A stretch of DNA of 64,000 nt from NCBI GenBank assembly GCA_018653315.1, contig JABIAL010000007.1, positions 11,348-75,347 of the forward strand. Reading direction: 5' to 3'. This DNA is from a bacterium (GTDB taxonomy: Bacteria > Patescibacteriota > Patescibacteriia > UBA1558 > GWA2-36-10). Each line of letters begins with the position of its first letter. Position 1 is the stretch's first letter. The translations under genes were made by a program, and so were the position numbers. Below the pieces are notes generated by a model, which saw nothing but the letters and a program-made list of their open reading frames with translations, did no database searches and was not told where the DNA came from. Of the stretch, positions 46,425 through 56,378 are shown in pieces.

Positions 46425-47830
46425 ATAATTGGCAAAATAAAAAAGTTTTAGTAATGGGTCTAGGCTTGCAGGGTGGAGGGTTTCAAGTTGTTAGTTGGCT
46501 TTTAAAACAAAAGGCACAAATTACAGTAACAGACTTGAAGACCAAGGCGCAGCTTAAGCTTACTTTAGATAAATTAGCCAAACTTAAAGGTTCTAAAAAT
46601 ATTCAATATGTTTTGGGTCAACATCGGGAAATAGATTTTGTGGATCAAGATTTAATTGTACAAAATCCAGGTGTACCACCACAATCAAAATATTTACAAA
46701 TTGCTCGTAAATTAAATATAAAAATAGTCAACGAGGCAACGATGTTTTTTGGTTTGTATGATGGGGATGTTATTGGTATTACTGGTACCCGTGGCAAATC
46801 AACAGTGTCTACTTTGTTGCATAAGATTTTAAAAACTAAAGTTTCAACTAACGTTGTGGCCGGAAACATTGCCACCACACCGATGTTTTCTATCTTAGAT
46901 AAATTAAAGAAAAATAGCTTGCCAGTTTTAGAATTGTCTAGTTGGCATTTAGAGAATTTGTTTGAGTATCAAAAATCGCCACACATTGCCGTAATTACTA
47001 ATATTTTAATTGATCATCTTAATCGTTATAAGAGTTTTACTGAGTACAAACAAGCTAAAATAGCAATTATCGCTAATCAAAATAAAAATGATTTTGCTAT
47101 TTTGAATGCTGATAATATTCATACTAAAAATTTAGCTAATAAAACTAAAGCTAAGGTTTTTTATTTTTCATTAAACAAAAAAGTAAAAGGAGTCTATTTG
47201 CAAGACGGTATTTTTTATTTTAATGATGGCCAGAAAATTAGTCGAGTAATGCTCAGTCAAAATGTTGGTATGATTGGTGAACATAATTTAGAGAATATAG
47301 CAGCAGCTATTTGTGTAGCCAAGATATTAAAGATTAGTAATAAAGATATTAAAAAAGTGGTTAGTAAATTTAAAAATCTTGAATATCGTTTACAGTCTTT
47401 AGGAAAATGGCAAGGGATAGAGATTTTTAATGATCCGACAGCTTCTACGCCTGATGCAACTTGTGCTGCTATTAATGCTATGGGTGATCAGAAAATTTTA
47501 TTAATTGCCGGTGGTGAAGATAAAGTTTTGGATTATACAGCTTTAGCTAAATTAATTAAACAAAAAGTAGATAAATTAATTTTATTTCCAGGATCTGGAA
47601 GTAAAAAGTTGTTGATTGAATTAAAAAAAGTCAAATATCCCAATGATCGCATAAGTATTGATATAAAAAATTTGCCATTAGCTTGGAGTATGGCACAAAA
47701 ATATGGTCAAGATATTGAGGTTATCTTATTTTCTCCAGCTGCAGCAAGTTTTAATATGTTTATCAATGAATTTGAACGGGCAAAAGTATTTGAAGAATTA
47801 GTAAAAAATGCTAAGAAAAAAATCCGCTAG
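46418..47830 (+). CDS. murD: UDP-N-acetylmuramoyl-L-alanine--D-glutamate ligase MurD
   Basis: The Mur ligase P-loop GITGTRGKSTV is present. The N-terminal Rossmann-like domain and the gene order fit MurD. Confidence 0.85.
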   Translation: MVNNWQNKKVLVMGLGLQGGGFQVVSWLLKQKAQITVTDLKTKAQLKLTLDKLAKLKGSKNIQYVLGQHREIDFVDQDLIVQNPGVPPQSKYLQIARKLNIKIVNEATMFFGLYDGDVIGITGTRGKSTVSTLLHKILKTKVSTNVVAGNIATTPMFSILDKLKKNSLPVLELSSWHLENLFEYQKSPHIAVITNILIDHLNRYKSFTEYKQAKIAIIANQNKNDFAILNADNIHTKNLANKTKAKVFYFSLNKKVKGVYLQDGIFYFNDGQKISRVMLSQNVGMIGEHNLENIAAAICVAKILKISNKDIKKVVSKFKNLEYRLQSLGKWQGIEIFNDPTASTPDATCAAINAMGDQKILLIAGGEDKVLDYTALAKLIKQKVDKLILFPGSGSKKLLIELKKVKYPNDRISIDIKNLPLAWSMAQKYGQDIEVILFSPAAASFNMFINEFERAKVFEELVKNAKKKIR

Positions 47831-48977
47831 AAACGGAATAAAAAAATGGTTATTAGCTCCTTTTTCAGTTGATCGTCAATCGCATCAGCCAGATTTTATT
47901 TTGTTGGCTGTAGTTGTCTTGCTCTTATTTCTTGGTTTGTTATTTTTATCTTCAGCATCTTCTTCATTAGCCTTTCATCAACGTGATCAAGATATTTATT
48001 TTTTTGTTAAACAACAAATTTTGCATGGTTTATTACCAGGTTTATTGTTGTTTTATATTACCTTGAGAACAAATTATCAAGTTTACCAAAAGTATTTTAA
48101 ATTATTTTTTATTATTTCCATTGTTTTGTTATTGCTAGTATTTATTCCAGGTTTACAATTAGAAGGAGCATCTGCTAAGTCTTGGATAAAATTAGGCAAT
48201 ATTTCCTTACAAACCAGTGAATTAGTTAAATTAAGTTTTATTTTATTTTTAGCGGCTTGGTTGTCTAAGACAGGCTTGAGTGTTAGAAACTGGCGTTTAG
48301 GAGCTTGGCCTTTTATTTCGTTTTTAGCTGTGATTGCAATATTGATCATTTTGCAACCAGACATAGGAACCTTGAGCATTATTATTTTAACTTCGTTGGC
48401 TATGTATTTTGTGGCTGGTGCTAGTTGGAAACATTTATCCGGTATTATAATGGCTGGATTATTTGGATTAGCATTAATGGTTAAGGCGGCGCCTTATAGA
48501 ATGAATCGTTTTCTAGCTTTTTTAGACCCAGAAAGAGATCCACTAGGCATTACTTATCAAATTAGACAAGCTTTAATTGCAGTTGGTTCTGGTGGTTTGT
48601 GGGGATTGGGCCTTGGTTATTCAAGACAAAAATTTAATTATTTACCAGAGCCAGCAGGGGATAGTGTTTTTGCTATTGTGTCTGAAGAGATTGGTTTTAT
48701 TTTCGTGACTTTATTTGTGCTTTTATTTGCTTTATTAATGATTAGAGGTTTTCATATTGTTCGGCATAGTACGGATAATTTTGCTAAATTAGTAGCTTTA
48801 GGCATTGTTGTTTGGTTATCAGCGCAAATATTTATAAACATTGCTAGTATCATTGGTTTATTGCCACTAACTGGTGTACCGTTGCCTTTTGTTTCTTTAG
48901 GTGGTACAAATTTATTAGTAACCTTATTGGGCATTGGTATTTTAGCTAATATATCAAGATTTACAGAAATAAAATAA
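47808..48977 (+). CDS. ftsW: SEDS-family peptidoglycan glycosyltransferase FtsW/RodA
   Basis: 10 TM helices with a SEDS periplasmic loop. It lies between murD and murG. Confidence 0.8.
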   Translation: MLRKKSARNGIKKWLLAPFSVDRQSHQPDFILLAVVVLLLFLGLLFLSSASSSLAFHQRDQDIYFFVKQQILHGLLPGLLLFYITLRTNYQVYQKYFKLFFIISIVLLLLVFIPGLQLEGASAKSWIKLGNISLQTSELVKLSFILFLAAWLSKTGLSVRNWRLGAWPFISFLAVIAILIILQPDIGTLSIIILTSLAMYFVAGASWKHLSGIIMAGLFGLALMVKAAPYRMNRFLAFLDPERDPLGITYQIRQALIAVGSGGLWGLGLGYSRQKFNYLPEPAGDSVFAIVSEEIGFIFVTLFVLLFALLMIRGFHIVRHSTDNFAKLVALGIVVWLSAQIFINIASIIGLLPLTGVPLPFVSLGGTNLLVTLLGIGILANISRFTEIK

Positions 48978-48987
48978 ATATAATTAT

Positions 48988-50013
48988 ATGAAATTATCTA
49001 ATAAAATTTTTCGGCTAAGCTCAAGACGGGTCGGGTTTACTCTGGTAGAGCTTTTAGTAGTGATTGGTATAATGGTTATTTTGTCAGGAGTCACTTATGT
49101 TGGTGTTTCAGAGATTAGACAAACAATTAGAGATAGTAAGCGTAAAGCAGATTTACATCAATTAGCTAGAGCCTTAGAGCTATTTAAAACAGATTATGGT
49201 CAATATCCATCTAATAATCATTATAGCATGCAAGAATATACTGGTGTTGATTGGGAAGAGGGTGCCAACGAAACTATGATGCCATTTTTAGTAGAAGGGG
49301 GAGAATTAACGTTAATCCATGGAACCATCAGTGGTCCTGTGCCCGAAAACACCACAGTTCAAGGTGGTTATCTTGATGACTACATCAAAGATCCGATTAA
49401 CCAACTAAATAGTTGGGATGCAGGTGACGACGACGATAACGTAATTCATCATCATGTTTATTTGTATTGGGGCCCAACTTATTGGGTTTTCGATGTTACA
49501 GAGTGGGCCTTTCCTTGGCCACTTGATTGTTCATCGCCAACTGCACCACCACCCGATGATTGTGGTGAATTAAATCCAAATAATGAAGCGGCTATCAATT
49601 ATCAAAATTGGAATAACTGTTGTGACAGTGGTTGTTTTGATTGTACTTTTACTGAGCCTTACTTGAGCTGGAATACTACAAATCAATCTGGGTTTTCTGA
49701 TTGGTGTTATGGTATGGATAGCAATCGCGTGCTAGTCCTTTTAGCTGCTGATTTAGAGAATGAATCAAAGCCGGAGGAGAGGATTAATAATGTATTGTCT
49801 TTTTGTCCAACAGCTAGTGGCACGCTTGAAGAACAAGCCTTATTTTTTAATTTTAAAAGATATTTTTATAGAGGAAAAGATTGTTATGAAGGTCCAGGTG
49901 GTGGTGCTACAAGTGGTGCTAGTTGTGACGATGGTGGTGGTGATTGGTCTTCTTGGGGCGGTAATAGACATAATTATTTTGTTCCTTTGACAGGAGAATA
50001 TGATCTAAACTAA
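48988..50013 (+). CDS. type IV pilin-like protein (class III signal peptide) with large Cys-rich C-terminal domain
   Basis: The N-terminus MKLSNKIFRLSSRRVG/FTLVELLVVIGIMVIL has G-1, F+1 and E+5. It is 341 aa with 14 Cys in the C-terminal half. It is embedded in the dcw cluster. Confidence 0.8.
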   Translation: MKLSNKIFRLSSRRVGFTLVELLVVIGIMVILSGVTYVGVSEIRQTIRDSKRKADLHQLARALELFKTDYGQYPSNNHYSMQEYTGVDWEEGANETMMPFLVEGGELTLIHGTISGPVPENTTVQGGYLDDYIKDPINQLNSWDAGDDDDNVIHHHVYLYWGPTYWVFDVTEWAFPWPLDCSSPTAPPPDDCGELNPNNEAAINYQNWNNCCDSGCFDCTFTEPYLSWNTTNQSGFSDWCYGMDSNRVLVLLAADLENESKPEERINNVLSFCPTASGTLEEQALFFNFKRYFYRGKDCYEGPGGGATSGASCDDGGGDWSSWGGNRHNYFVPLTGEYDLN

Positions 50014-51035
50014 TGAAACAAGATAAACATAAAAAAATATTATTAGTTGGTGGCGGAACCCTGGGCTCTGTTAGCCCACTTTTGGCTGTAGCAAATAAAT
50101 ATTCGGCTGATTATTTATTTATCGGTAGTCATCAGGGGCCAGAAAAAAATATGGTTGAAGCTGCTGGTTTAGAATTTAAGTCAATTAGCAGTGGGAAATT
50201 ACGTCGTTATTGGTCTTGGTCAAATTTTGTAGATTTATTTAAATTAAAATTAGCCTGGTGGCAAAGTATATTTTTGCTTGTTAAATTTAAGCCAGATATT
50301 GTATTGACTTCTGGAAGCTTTGTCGCTGTGCCAGTAGCTTGGGCTGCTTGGCTTTTGCGTATTCCCGTCATTGTTCATCAACAAGACATTGGAGTTGGTT
50401 TGGCAAATAAATTAATGGCGCCGGTTGCCAAAAAAATATCTGTTACTTTTGCTGCTAGCAAAAATTTATTTAAAGCCAATAAAGTTGTGGTGACTGGTAA
50501 TCCAGTGAGAGTGGATAATAAAAAAACCACTGATCAGCCAACTATTGTTATTACTGGTGGAGGATTAGGGGCCAGAGATTTTAATCAATTTTTAGCAGAA
50601 TTTATTCCACGGCTTACAGAAACCCATAAAATTCATCATATTTTAGGAACTAAAAATTATGATCAAGCTTTAGCTTTGCCAAATTATCAGCCTTACAAAT
50701 TTATTGAACAAGGAATGATAAATTTATTGGCTCAGGCTGATATTATTATTTCTAGAGCTGGACTTTCTTTAACTACTGAAGCAGCCGCGTTAAAAAAAGC
50801 ATTAATTATCATTCCTATTCCTGATAGTCACCAAGAAGATAATGCTAAATTTTTCGCTCAACATAATGCTGCCATTATGGTCAAACAGGGTAGTAGTCAA
50901 ATATTAGCTCGTTATTTAGATAAATTACTACCTAATAAAAAATTTCAGCAAGTTTTGGGTGAAAATTTATATAATTTATTTCCTAAAAATCCAGTTGACA
51001 AGTACATTAAATTAATAGAAGATGTGCTTAAATAA
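50013..51035 (+). CDS. murG: UDP-GlcNAc:lipid I N-acetylglucosaminyltransferase MurG
   Basis: The N-terminal motif is LVGGGTLGSVSP, and the GT28 C-terminal motifs are present. Confidence 0.85.
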   Translation: MKQDKHKKILLVGGGTLGSVSPLLAVANKYSADYLFIGSHQGPEKNMVEAAGLEFKSISSGKLRRYWSWSNFVDLFKLKLAWWQSIFLLVKFKPDIVLTSGSFVAVPVAWAAWLLRIPVIVHQQDIGVGLANKLMAPVAKKISVTFAASKNLFKANKVVVTGNPVRVDNKKTTDQPTIVITGGGLGARDFNQFLAEFIPRLTETHKIHHILGTKNYDQALALPNYQPYKFIEQGMINLLAQADIIISRAGLSLTTEAAALKKALIIIPIPDSHQEDNAKFFAQHNAAIMVKQGSSQILARYLDKLLPNKKFQQVLGENLYNLFPKNPVDKYIKLIEDVLK

Positions 51036-51044
51036 GCAAAAATA

Positions 51045-52406
51045 ATGGATTTAGACTTAAATAAAGTAAATAAAGTTTATTTAGCTGGCGTTGGCGGCAT
51101 TGGTTTGTCTGCTATTGCCTATTATTTTTTGCATCAAAAAAAGGAAGTTGAGGGTTCTGATAGTATAAAATCTGAAGTCACTAAGCGTTTAGAAGACAAG
51201 GGGGTTTATATAAATTATACTCAAAAAGCAGATAATATTAGTAATAATATTAGTTTATTTGTTTATACTTCTGCTTTACCAGATGATCATCCAGAACTTG
51301 CAAAGGCTCGTGAATTAAATATTCCAGTTCTTAGTTACTTTGAGTTTTTGGGACATTTAAGTAAAAACTACAAAACCATTGCTGTCACCGGCACAAACGG
51401 TAAAACAACAACTACTGCTATGCTTGGTTTGATTTTAGAAAAAGCTGGTTTAGATCCTACGGTTATTGTTGGTAGTTTAGTACCGCAATGGAATAGTAAT
51501 TTTAGAGCAGGTAAATCTGACATTTTAGTAGTAGAAGCTTGTGAATGGCAGGCGCATATGTTAGAAATAAATCCGGATGTTATTGTACTAACTAATATTG
51601 CGGAAGATCATTTAGATTTTTACAAAGATTTAGATGATATTAAAGATCACTTTCAAAAATTTGTTGATAAATTACCAAAAGATGGAATTTTGATTAAAAA
51701 TCGGGATGATAAAAATAGCGCAGATATTAAATCTAAAAATATTTTGACTTTTGGTCAGCAGCAAGCTGATTATTTATTTAGTGATTTACAAATAGAGCCA
51801 GGTAAACAAAATTTTGAGATTAATAAAAAAGGCGCTGACAAAATGCAATTTTCTCTTAATGCTCCAGGTTTATACAATGTATACAATGCTACTTCTGCTG
51901 TAGCGGCTGCTGGATATTTAGGTGTAAATAAACACCAGATTTGGAATGGCTTACATGAATTCAAAGGAACTTGGCGTAGATTTGAAAATTTGGGTAATTT
52001 TAAAACTAATATAGTTATTTCTGATTATGCTCATCATCCGGATGCAATAAAAGGCTTGTTAAAAGCGACTAAAGATTTTTATCCCGATCAGAAAATAATT
52101 AGCATATTCCAACCGCATCATCATAACAGAACCAAGACTTTGTTAGATGAGTTTGCTATTAGTTTTGATTTAGCAGATCATGTTATTATTTCAGAGATTT
52201 ATCAAGTTGGTGGCCGAGAAGATCAAGAACATGAAGATGTTAGTAGTCAAGACTTGATAAATAAAATGCAAAATTCACGGAAACATTATGCCAAAGATTT
52301 TGCCGCTGTAAAACAAATTATTCAAAAAATAAATCCAGTTGATTCAGTTTTACTGTTTATTGGTGCTGGAGATATTGACGATTTAGCTAGAGAGTTAATA
52401 GATTAA
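51045..52406 (+). CDS. murC: UDP-N-acetylmuramate--L-alanine ligase MurC
   Basis: Contains GVGGIGLSAIA and GTNGKTTTTAM. Confidence 0.88.
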   Translation: MDLDLNKVNKVYLAGVGGIGLSAIAYYFLHQKKEVEGSDSIKSEVTKRLEDKGVYINYTQKADNISNNISLFVYTSALPDDHPELAKARELNIPVLSYFEFLGHLSKNYKTIAVTGTNGKTTTTAMLGLILEKAGLDPTVIVGSLVPQWNSNFRAGKSDILVVEACEWQAHMLEINPDVIVLTNIAEDHLDFYKDLDDIKDHFQKFVDKLPKDGILIKNRDDKNSADIKSKNILTFGQQQADYLFSDLQIEPGKQNFEINKKGADKMQFSLNAPGLYNVYNATSAVAAAGYLGVNKHQIWNGLHEFKGTWRRFENLGNFKTNIVISDYAHHPDAIKGLLKATKDFYPDQKIISIFQPHHHNRTKTLLDEFAISFDLADHVIISEIYQVGGREDQEHEDVSSQDLINKMQNSRKHYAKDFAAVKQIIQKINPVDSVLLFIGAGDIDDLARELID

Positions 52407-52409
52407 ATT

Positions 52410-53330
52410 ATGGACATCCAAAAAAATATTTCATTAGCTCAATATACTACTTTTAAAATAGGTGGTCCTGCTGAAAATTTTGTTATTGTAAAAAGTATTA
52501 AGGAAGTGCAAGAAGCAATTAGTTTTGCCAAAGAAAATAATTTAGAAATCTTTATTTTGGGTGGTGGTAGTAATTTACTAATATCTGATCATGGAATTAA
52601 AGGCTTAGTAATTAAATTAGATTTGCAAAATATAGAGTTTAGTAATACACAGGTGATTGTTGGTGCTGGAGTCAGTTTGGCTTTTTTAGCAAGTCAGGCA
52701 TTGGATCAAGGATTGATTGGTTTAGAATTTACAGCAGGTATTCCAGGCACAGTCGGCGGAGCAGTACGTGGCAATGCTGGTACTTTTGGTCAAGGAATGA
52801 ATGTTGTCGTTGTTGGTGTTAAATATTTAGATGAAAATTTTAAATATCAAGAAATGACTAATAAACAAGCTGGCTTTGCTTATCGACATAGTATTTTTAA
52901 AGAAAAGCCATACATTATTCTAGAAACAAGCTTGGGCTTGCAAATGGGTGATGTAGCCACAGCTAAAAAATTAATGGCCGAAAGATTAACAGCTAGACGT
53001 ACAAATCATCCAAATCAGGCGTCTGCTGGGTGTATTTTTAAGAATATTGATTTTTCTACAGTTGATATTGATGATTTAAGTAAACGAGGAATTGAGATTG
53101 ATAAATTTACTAAACATCAAAAAATACCAGCTGGATATCTGATTGAAAAAGTTGGCTTAAAAGGTAAAATTATTGGCGGTGCTCAAGTCTCAGAAAAGCA
53201 TGCTAATTATATTATCAATGTAGATCAGGCTAGTGCTGAGGATGTGATTATGCTAACTAGTCTGATAAAGCAGCAAGTTCGGGGTAAATATGGCGTTCAG
53301 TTAATGGAAGAAGTACAGTTTGTTATTTAA
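52410..53330 (+). CDS. murB: UDP-N-acetylenolpyruvoylglucosamine reductase MurB
   Basis: The FAD-binding domain with ILGGGSNLL is present, and the C-terminal MurB pattern. Confidence 0.85.
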   Translation: MDIQKNISLAQYTTFKIGGPAENFVIVKSIKEVQEAISFAKENNLEIFILGGGSNLLISDHGIKGLVIKLDLQNIEFSNTQVIVGAGVSLAFLASQALDQGLIGLEFTAGIPGTVGGAVRGNAGTFGQGMNVVVVGVKYLDENFKYQEMTNKQAGFAYRHSIFKEKPYIILETSLGLQMGDVATAKKLMAERLTARRTNHPNQASAGCIFKNIDFSTVDIDDLSKRGIEIDKFTKHQKIPAGYLIEKVGLKGKIIGGAQVSEKHANYIINVDQASAEDVIMLTSLIKQQVRGKYGVQLMEEVQFVI

Positions 53331-53332
53331 AA

Positions 53333-53378
53333 TAAAAAAGTCCCTGTCTGCGGATGCAAACAAGGACTGAATTTCTTA
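53333..53378. terminator. hairpin between convergent genes
   Basis: The stem gtccctg...caaggac is preceded by an A-run. Confidence 0.45.
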
Positions 53379-53392
53379 AAAGAGCGAGGAGA

Positions 53393-54145
53393 TTATGAGG
53401 CAATCCTCTCGAAAACTTTTGGTTTTTGGGGGTTTTTGATGAAATAGATCGGGAAAAAGGCGATGAAGTAGATGATGGGCAAGGATATTCCAAAAGATAA
53501 TCCAATATCCACTGATTCAATTCTCCCGATAATGAATGTGAAAATAATCGCGCCAATTATCACGCCTATTGCAACAGTAATGGCTTCTTTGCCTTTTTGA
53601 GAGGTTCCCATGAATATCCCAAAAAGTATTCCTATAATTATACCAGTAATCGCCAAAACGATTACAAAAGTTTGGTTTTCTGGACTCAAGCCATTATGCC
53701 ATTCTATTACTTGATGTGAAAAGTAGCTGCCAATCATAATGGCAAACATCAGGCCGAGAAAGTAGGCGGCCCAGTTTCCAGGTATAGTTTTTCTTTCAAC
53801 ATGCCGAGTATCCCAAGGCTTGTAATGGGTTTTTATTAAGTAGGTTGGAAACAGGAAAACCATATAACTGGTCAAGAATACTAATGCTGCTGGCGAGCTA
53901 GCATGTATAGCCAAGACTGAACATACGATACCTGCGATGATACTGCCAGCTAAATTGCTTATAATAAAACCAAAGATTACACCGATAAGCGCACCGGTGA
54001 TTATGCCACCGAGTAGATCACTATACATTTCCATTCGGTTTACTCCCAGAGCATTGTACCATTCCAATGCCTGAGGTAAGAAGTAACCACCAAGAGCAAC
54101 GACAGCCATCAGGCTGATCAAATAAATAAACCATCTCTTAGACAT
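53393..54145 (-). CDS. hypothetical polytopic membrane protein with internal duplication
   Basis: 250 aa. Two homologous halves each carry ALEWYNALG / VIEWHNGLS followed by a Gly-rich TM helix. A consensus promoter lies at 54185-54213. Confidence 0.5.
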   Translation of the reverse strand: MSKRWFIYLISLMAVVALGGYFLPQALEWYNALGVNRMEMYSDLLGGIITGALIGVIFGFIISNLAGSIIAGIVCSVLAIHASSPAALVFLTSYMVFLFPTYLIKTHYKPWDTRHVERKTIPGNWAAYFLGLMFAIMIGSYFSHQVIEWHNGLSPENQTFVIVLAITGIIIGILFGIFMGTSQKGKEAITVAIGVIIGAIIFTFIIGRIESVDIGLSFGISLPIIYFIAFFPIYFIKNPQKPKVFERIAS

Positions 54146-54184
54146 TTGTCTCTCCTAATTTTTAACGAACTTATTTAATATAGA

Positions 54185-54213
54185 AATATAGCATATATCT
54201 AGCATTTTGTCAA
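54185..54213 (-). promoter_or_regulatory. sigma70 promoter with extended -10 (copy E)
   Basis: On the minus strand it reads TTGACA-17-(TGc)TATATT. Confidence 0.65.
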
Positions 54214-54327
54214 GTAATCAATACAAGTTTGCAGATCAAGAATTATTTAAAAAGCCCGTTTTTATTGACTTTTTCATGATTATTTTAAAATAGTCAGTAA
54301 TCATAGGCAAAAATAGCCCCTTATGGG

Positions 54328-54355
54328 TTGACAAATCAAAAAAAATCCGTATAAT
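54328..54355 (+). promoter_or_regulatory. sigma70 promoter for the infA / alpha-operon
   Basis: Reads TTGACA-16-TATAAT. Confidence 0.6.
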
Positions 54356-54451
54356 TAAGGGGCGTAAATTTTAAATAAAGAAAAGTATAAAGCTAGATTT
54401 TTATATAGTAAAGACTATGTAATTAATTTATTTTTTATTATTCATTTGTTA

Positions 54452-54688
54452 ATGAGCGAAGATACTACCAAAGTAAATAAAAAAGGATTTTTAGAAGTAG
54501 GTGGGGAAATAATAGAATTATTGCCTAATGCCACTTTTAAGGTTGTTTTGGAAAATGATCAGGAAATTTTGGCTCATTTATCAGGTAAAATGAGAATGTA
54601 TAAAATTCGTATTTTACCAGGTGATAAAGTGACTATTGAATTAAGTCCATACGATATGACCAAGGGTCGAATTATTTTTAGAAAATAA
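54452..54688 (+). CDS. infA: translation initiation factor IF-1
   Basis: The S1-like OB fold is present: ...[21 protein letters not shown]...[19 protein letters not shown]...RIIFR. Confidence 0.9.
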   Translation: MSEDTTKVNKKGFLEVGGEIIELLPNATFKVVLENDQEILAHLSGKMRMYKIRILPGDKVTIELSPYDMTKGRIIFRK

Positions 54689-54759
54689 CACGATTCTGAT
54701 AAAATTTAAAAAATAAGATTAATTTAGATTCTGAAACAAGTTCAGAATGACAAATCAAT

Positions 54760-54873
54760 ATGAAAGTAAGAGCTTCAGTAAAAAAAATGTGTAAAGATTG
54801 TAAAGTTACTCGTCGTAAAAATCGAGTAGTTTGTAATTGTAAAAATCCTAAACATAAACAAAGACAAGGTTAA
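54760..54873 (+). CDS. rpmJ: 50S ribosomal protein L36
   Basis: Translates to [37 protein letters not shown] (37 aa). It is absent from the ORF track. Confidence 0.9.
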   Translation: MKVRASVKKMCKDCKVTRRKNRVVCNCKNPKHKQRQG

Positions 54874-54907
54874 GTTTTTTTAACCTTATAAATTTAAACA
54901 AAATTTT

Positions 54908-55297
54908 ATGGCAAGAATTTCCGGAGTCAATATTCCTAACGACAAAAGAGCAGAAATAGCTTTAACTTATATCTATGGTGTTGGTTTAACAACCTCACAG
55001 AAGATTTTGAATTTACTGAAGATAGATAAAAATACTCGTGTTAAAGATATTTCGGAAGAAGATATTAACAGATTAAGACAAATAATTGAAAAAGATTTGA
55101 CGGTTGAAGGTGAATTACGTCGAACAAAGATATCTAATATTAAACGTTTGAAAGAAGTAAAGTCTTATCGTGGCTCACGTCATGCTAAGGGTTTACCAGC
55201 TAGGGGTCAACGTACTAAGACAAATTCACGTACAGTTAGAGGTAATAAAAGATTGACAATGGGTAGCGGAAAAACTAATGCTGCTCAGAAAACATAA
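54908..55297 (+). CDS. rpsM: 30S ribosomal protein S13
   Basis: Begins MARISGVNIPNDKRAEIALTYIYGVG.... Confidence 0.95.
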   Translation: MARISGVNIPNDKRAEIALTYIYGVGLTTSQKILNLLKIDKNTRVKDISEEDINRLRQIIEKDLTVEGELRRTKISNIKRLKEVKSYRGSRHAKGLPARGQRTKTNSRTVRGNKRLTMGSGKTNAAQKT

Positions 55298-55327
55298 TTA
55301 TATTTTTGAAATTCGTAGATTTGCAAT

Positions 55328-55711
55328 ATGAAAAAAATTGGTAAAAAAAAGAAATTAAAGAAAAAAGTAAGCCGTGGGCAAGCTCATATTCAGGCTACTT
55401 ATAATAACACTATCGTCAGTCTTACTGATGCTAATGGTAATATTATAGCTTGGTCTTCAGCCGGTGTTAATGGTTTTAAAGGACCAAAAAAAGCCACTCC
55501 TTATGCAGCTGGTATTATTGTTAAAAATGCAGCTGAAAAAGCTAAAGAATATGGTTTACAGGAAGTGGATGTATTTGTAAAAGGTGTTGGATCTGGCAGA
55601 GAGGCTGCTGTTCGTGCTTTACATGCAAATGGTATTACAGTGGCATCTATTAAGGATGTAACGCCAATTCCACACAATGGTTGTCGTCCTAAAAAAGTAA
55701 GAAGAGTATAA
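55328..55711 (+). CDS. rpsK: 30S ribosomal protein S11
   Basis: Contains ...[22 protein letters not shown]...SAG...[11 protein letters not shown].... Confidence 0.95.
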   Translation: MKKIGKKKKLKKKVSRGQAHIQATYNNTIVSLTDANGNIIAWSSAGVNGFKGPKKATPYAAGIIVKNAAEKAKEYGLQEVDVFVKGVGSGREAAVRALHANGITVASIKDVTPIPHNGCRPKKVRRV

Positions 55712-55738
55712 TTTTAGATAATAAACAATTAATCAGAT

Positions 55739-56353
55739 ATGGGTAGAAATCTTAAACCAAAACATAGAGCTAGTCGTCGTTTTAATGAAAACGTGGCTGA
55801 TACAGTCAAATCTCCACTGGATAAGCGTCCTTATCCGGCTGGTCAACATGGTCCTAAAAAAACTTTTGCTAAAGTTTCTGAATATGGCCGTCAATTGTTA
55901 GCCAAACAAAAAGCTAAGGCTATTTATGGTTTATTGGAAAAACAATTTTCTTTGACTTTCAAAAAGGCACAAAAAATGCCAGGAGATATTGGTAAAAATT
56001 TATTGACTTTGTTAGAGTCTCGTTTGGATAATGTTATTTTCAGATCAGGACTAGCTAATACTCATCGTTTAGCACGTCAATTAGTTAATCATGGACATTT
56101 TGAAGTTGATGGTATAAAGACTGACATTCCTTCTTTTAAGGTAAAAGTTGGTCAGGTTATTAAAGTTAAACCAAATAAACTAAAAAAAACTTATTGGACA
56201 AATTTAACAGAGATTTTAGATAAAGTAGAAACTGCTAGCTGGTTAGTATTAGATAAAAAAGAGATGACTATTACTATTGCTGGTTTACCAAATGATGATG
56301 ATCTACCACAAAATATTCAAACAAATTTAATCGTTGAGTTTTACTCACGATAA
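55739..56353 (+). CDS. rpsD: 30S ribosomal protein S4
   Basis: An S4 N-terminal domain plus an S4 RNA-binding domain (LESRLDNVIFRSGLA). Confidence 0.92.
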   Translation: MGRNLKPKHRASRRFNENVADTVKSPLDKRPYPAGQHGPKKTFAKVSEYGRQLLAKQKAKAIYGLLEKQFSLTFKKAQKMPGDIGKNLLTLLESRLDNVIFRSGLANTHRLARQLVNHGHFEVDGIKTDIPSFKVKVGQVIKVKPNKLKKTYWTNLTEILDKVETASWLVLDKKEMTITIAGLPNDDDLPQNIQTNLIVEFYSR

Positions 56354-56378
56354 TAAAATAAAAATTGAAAACAATTTT

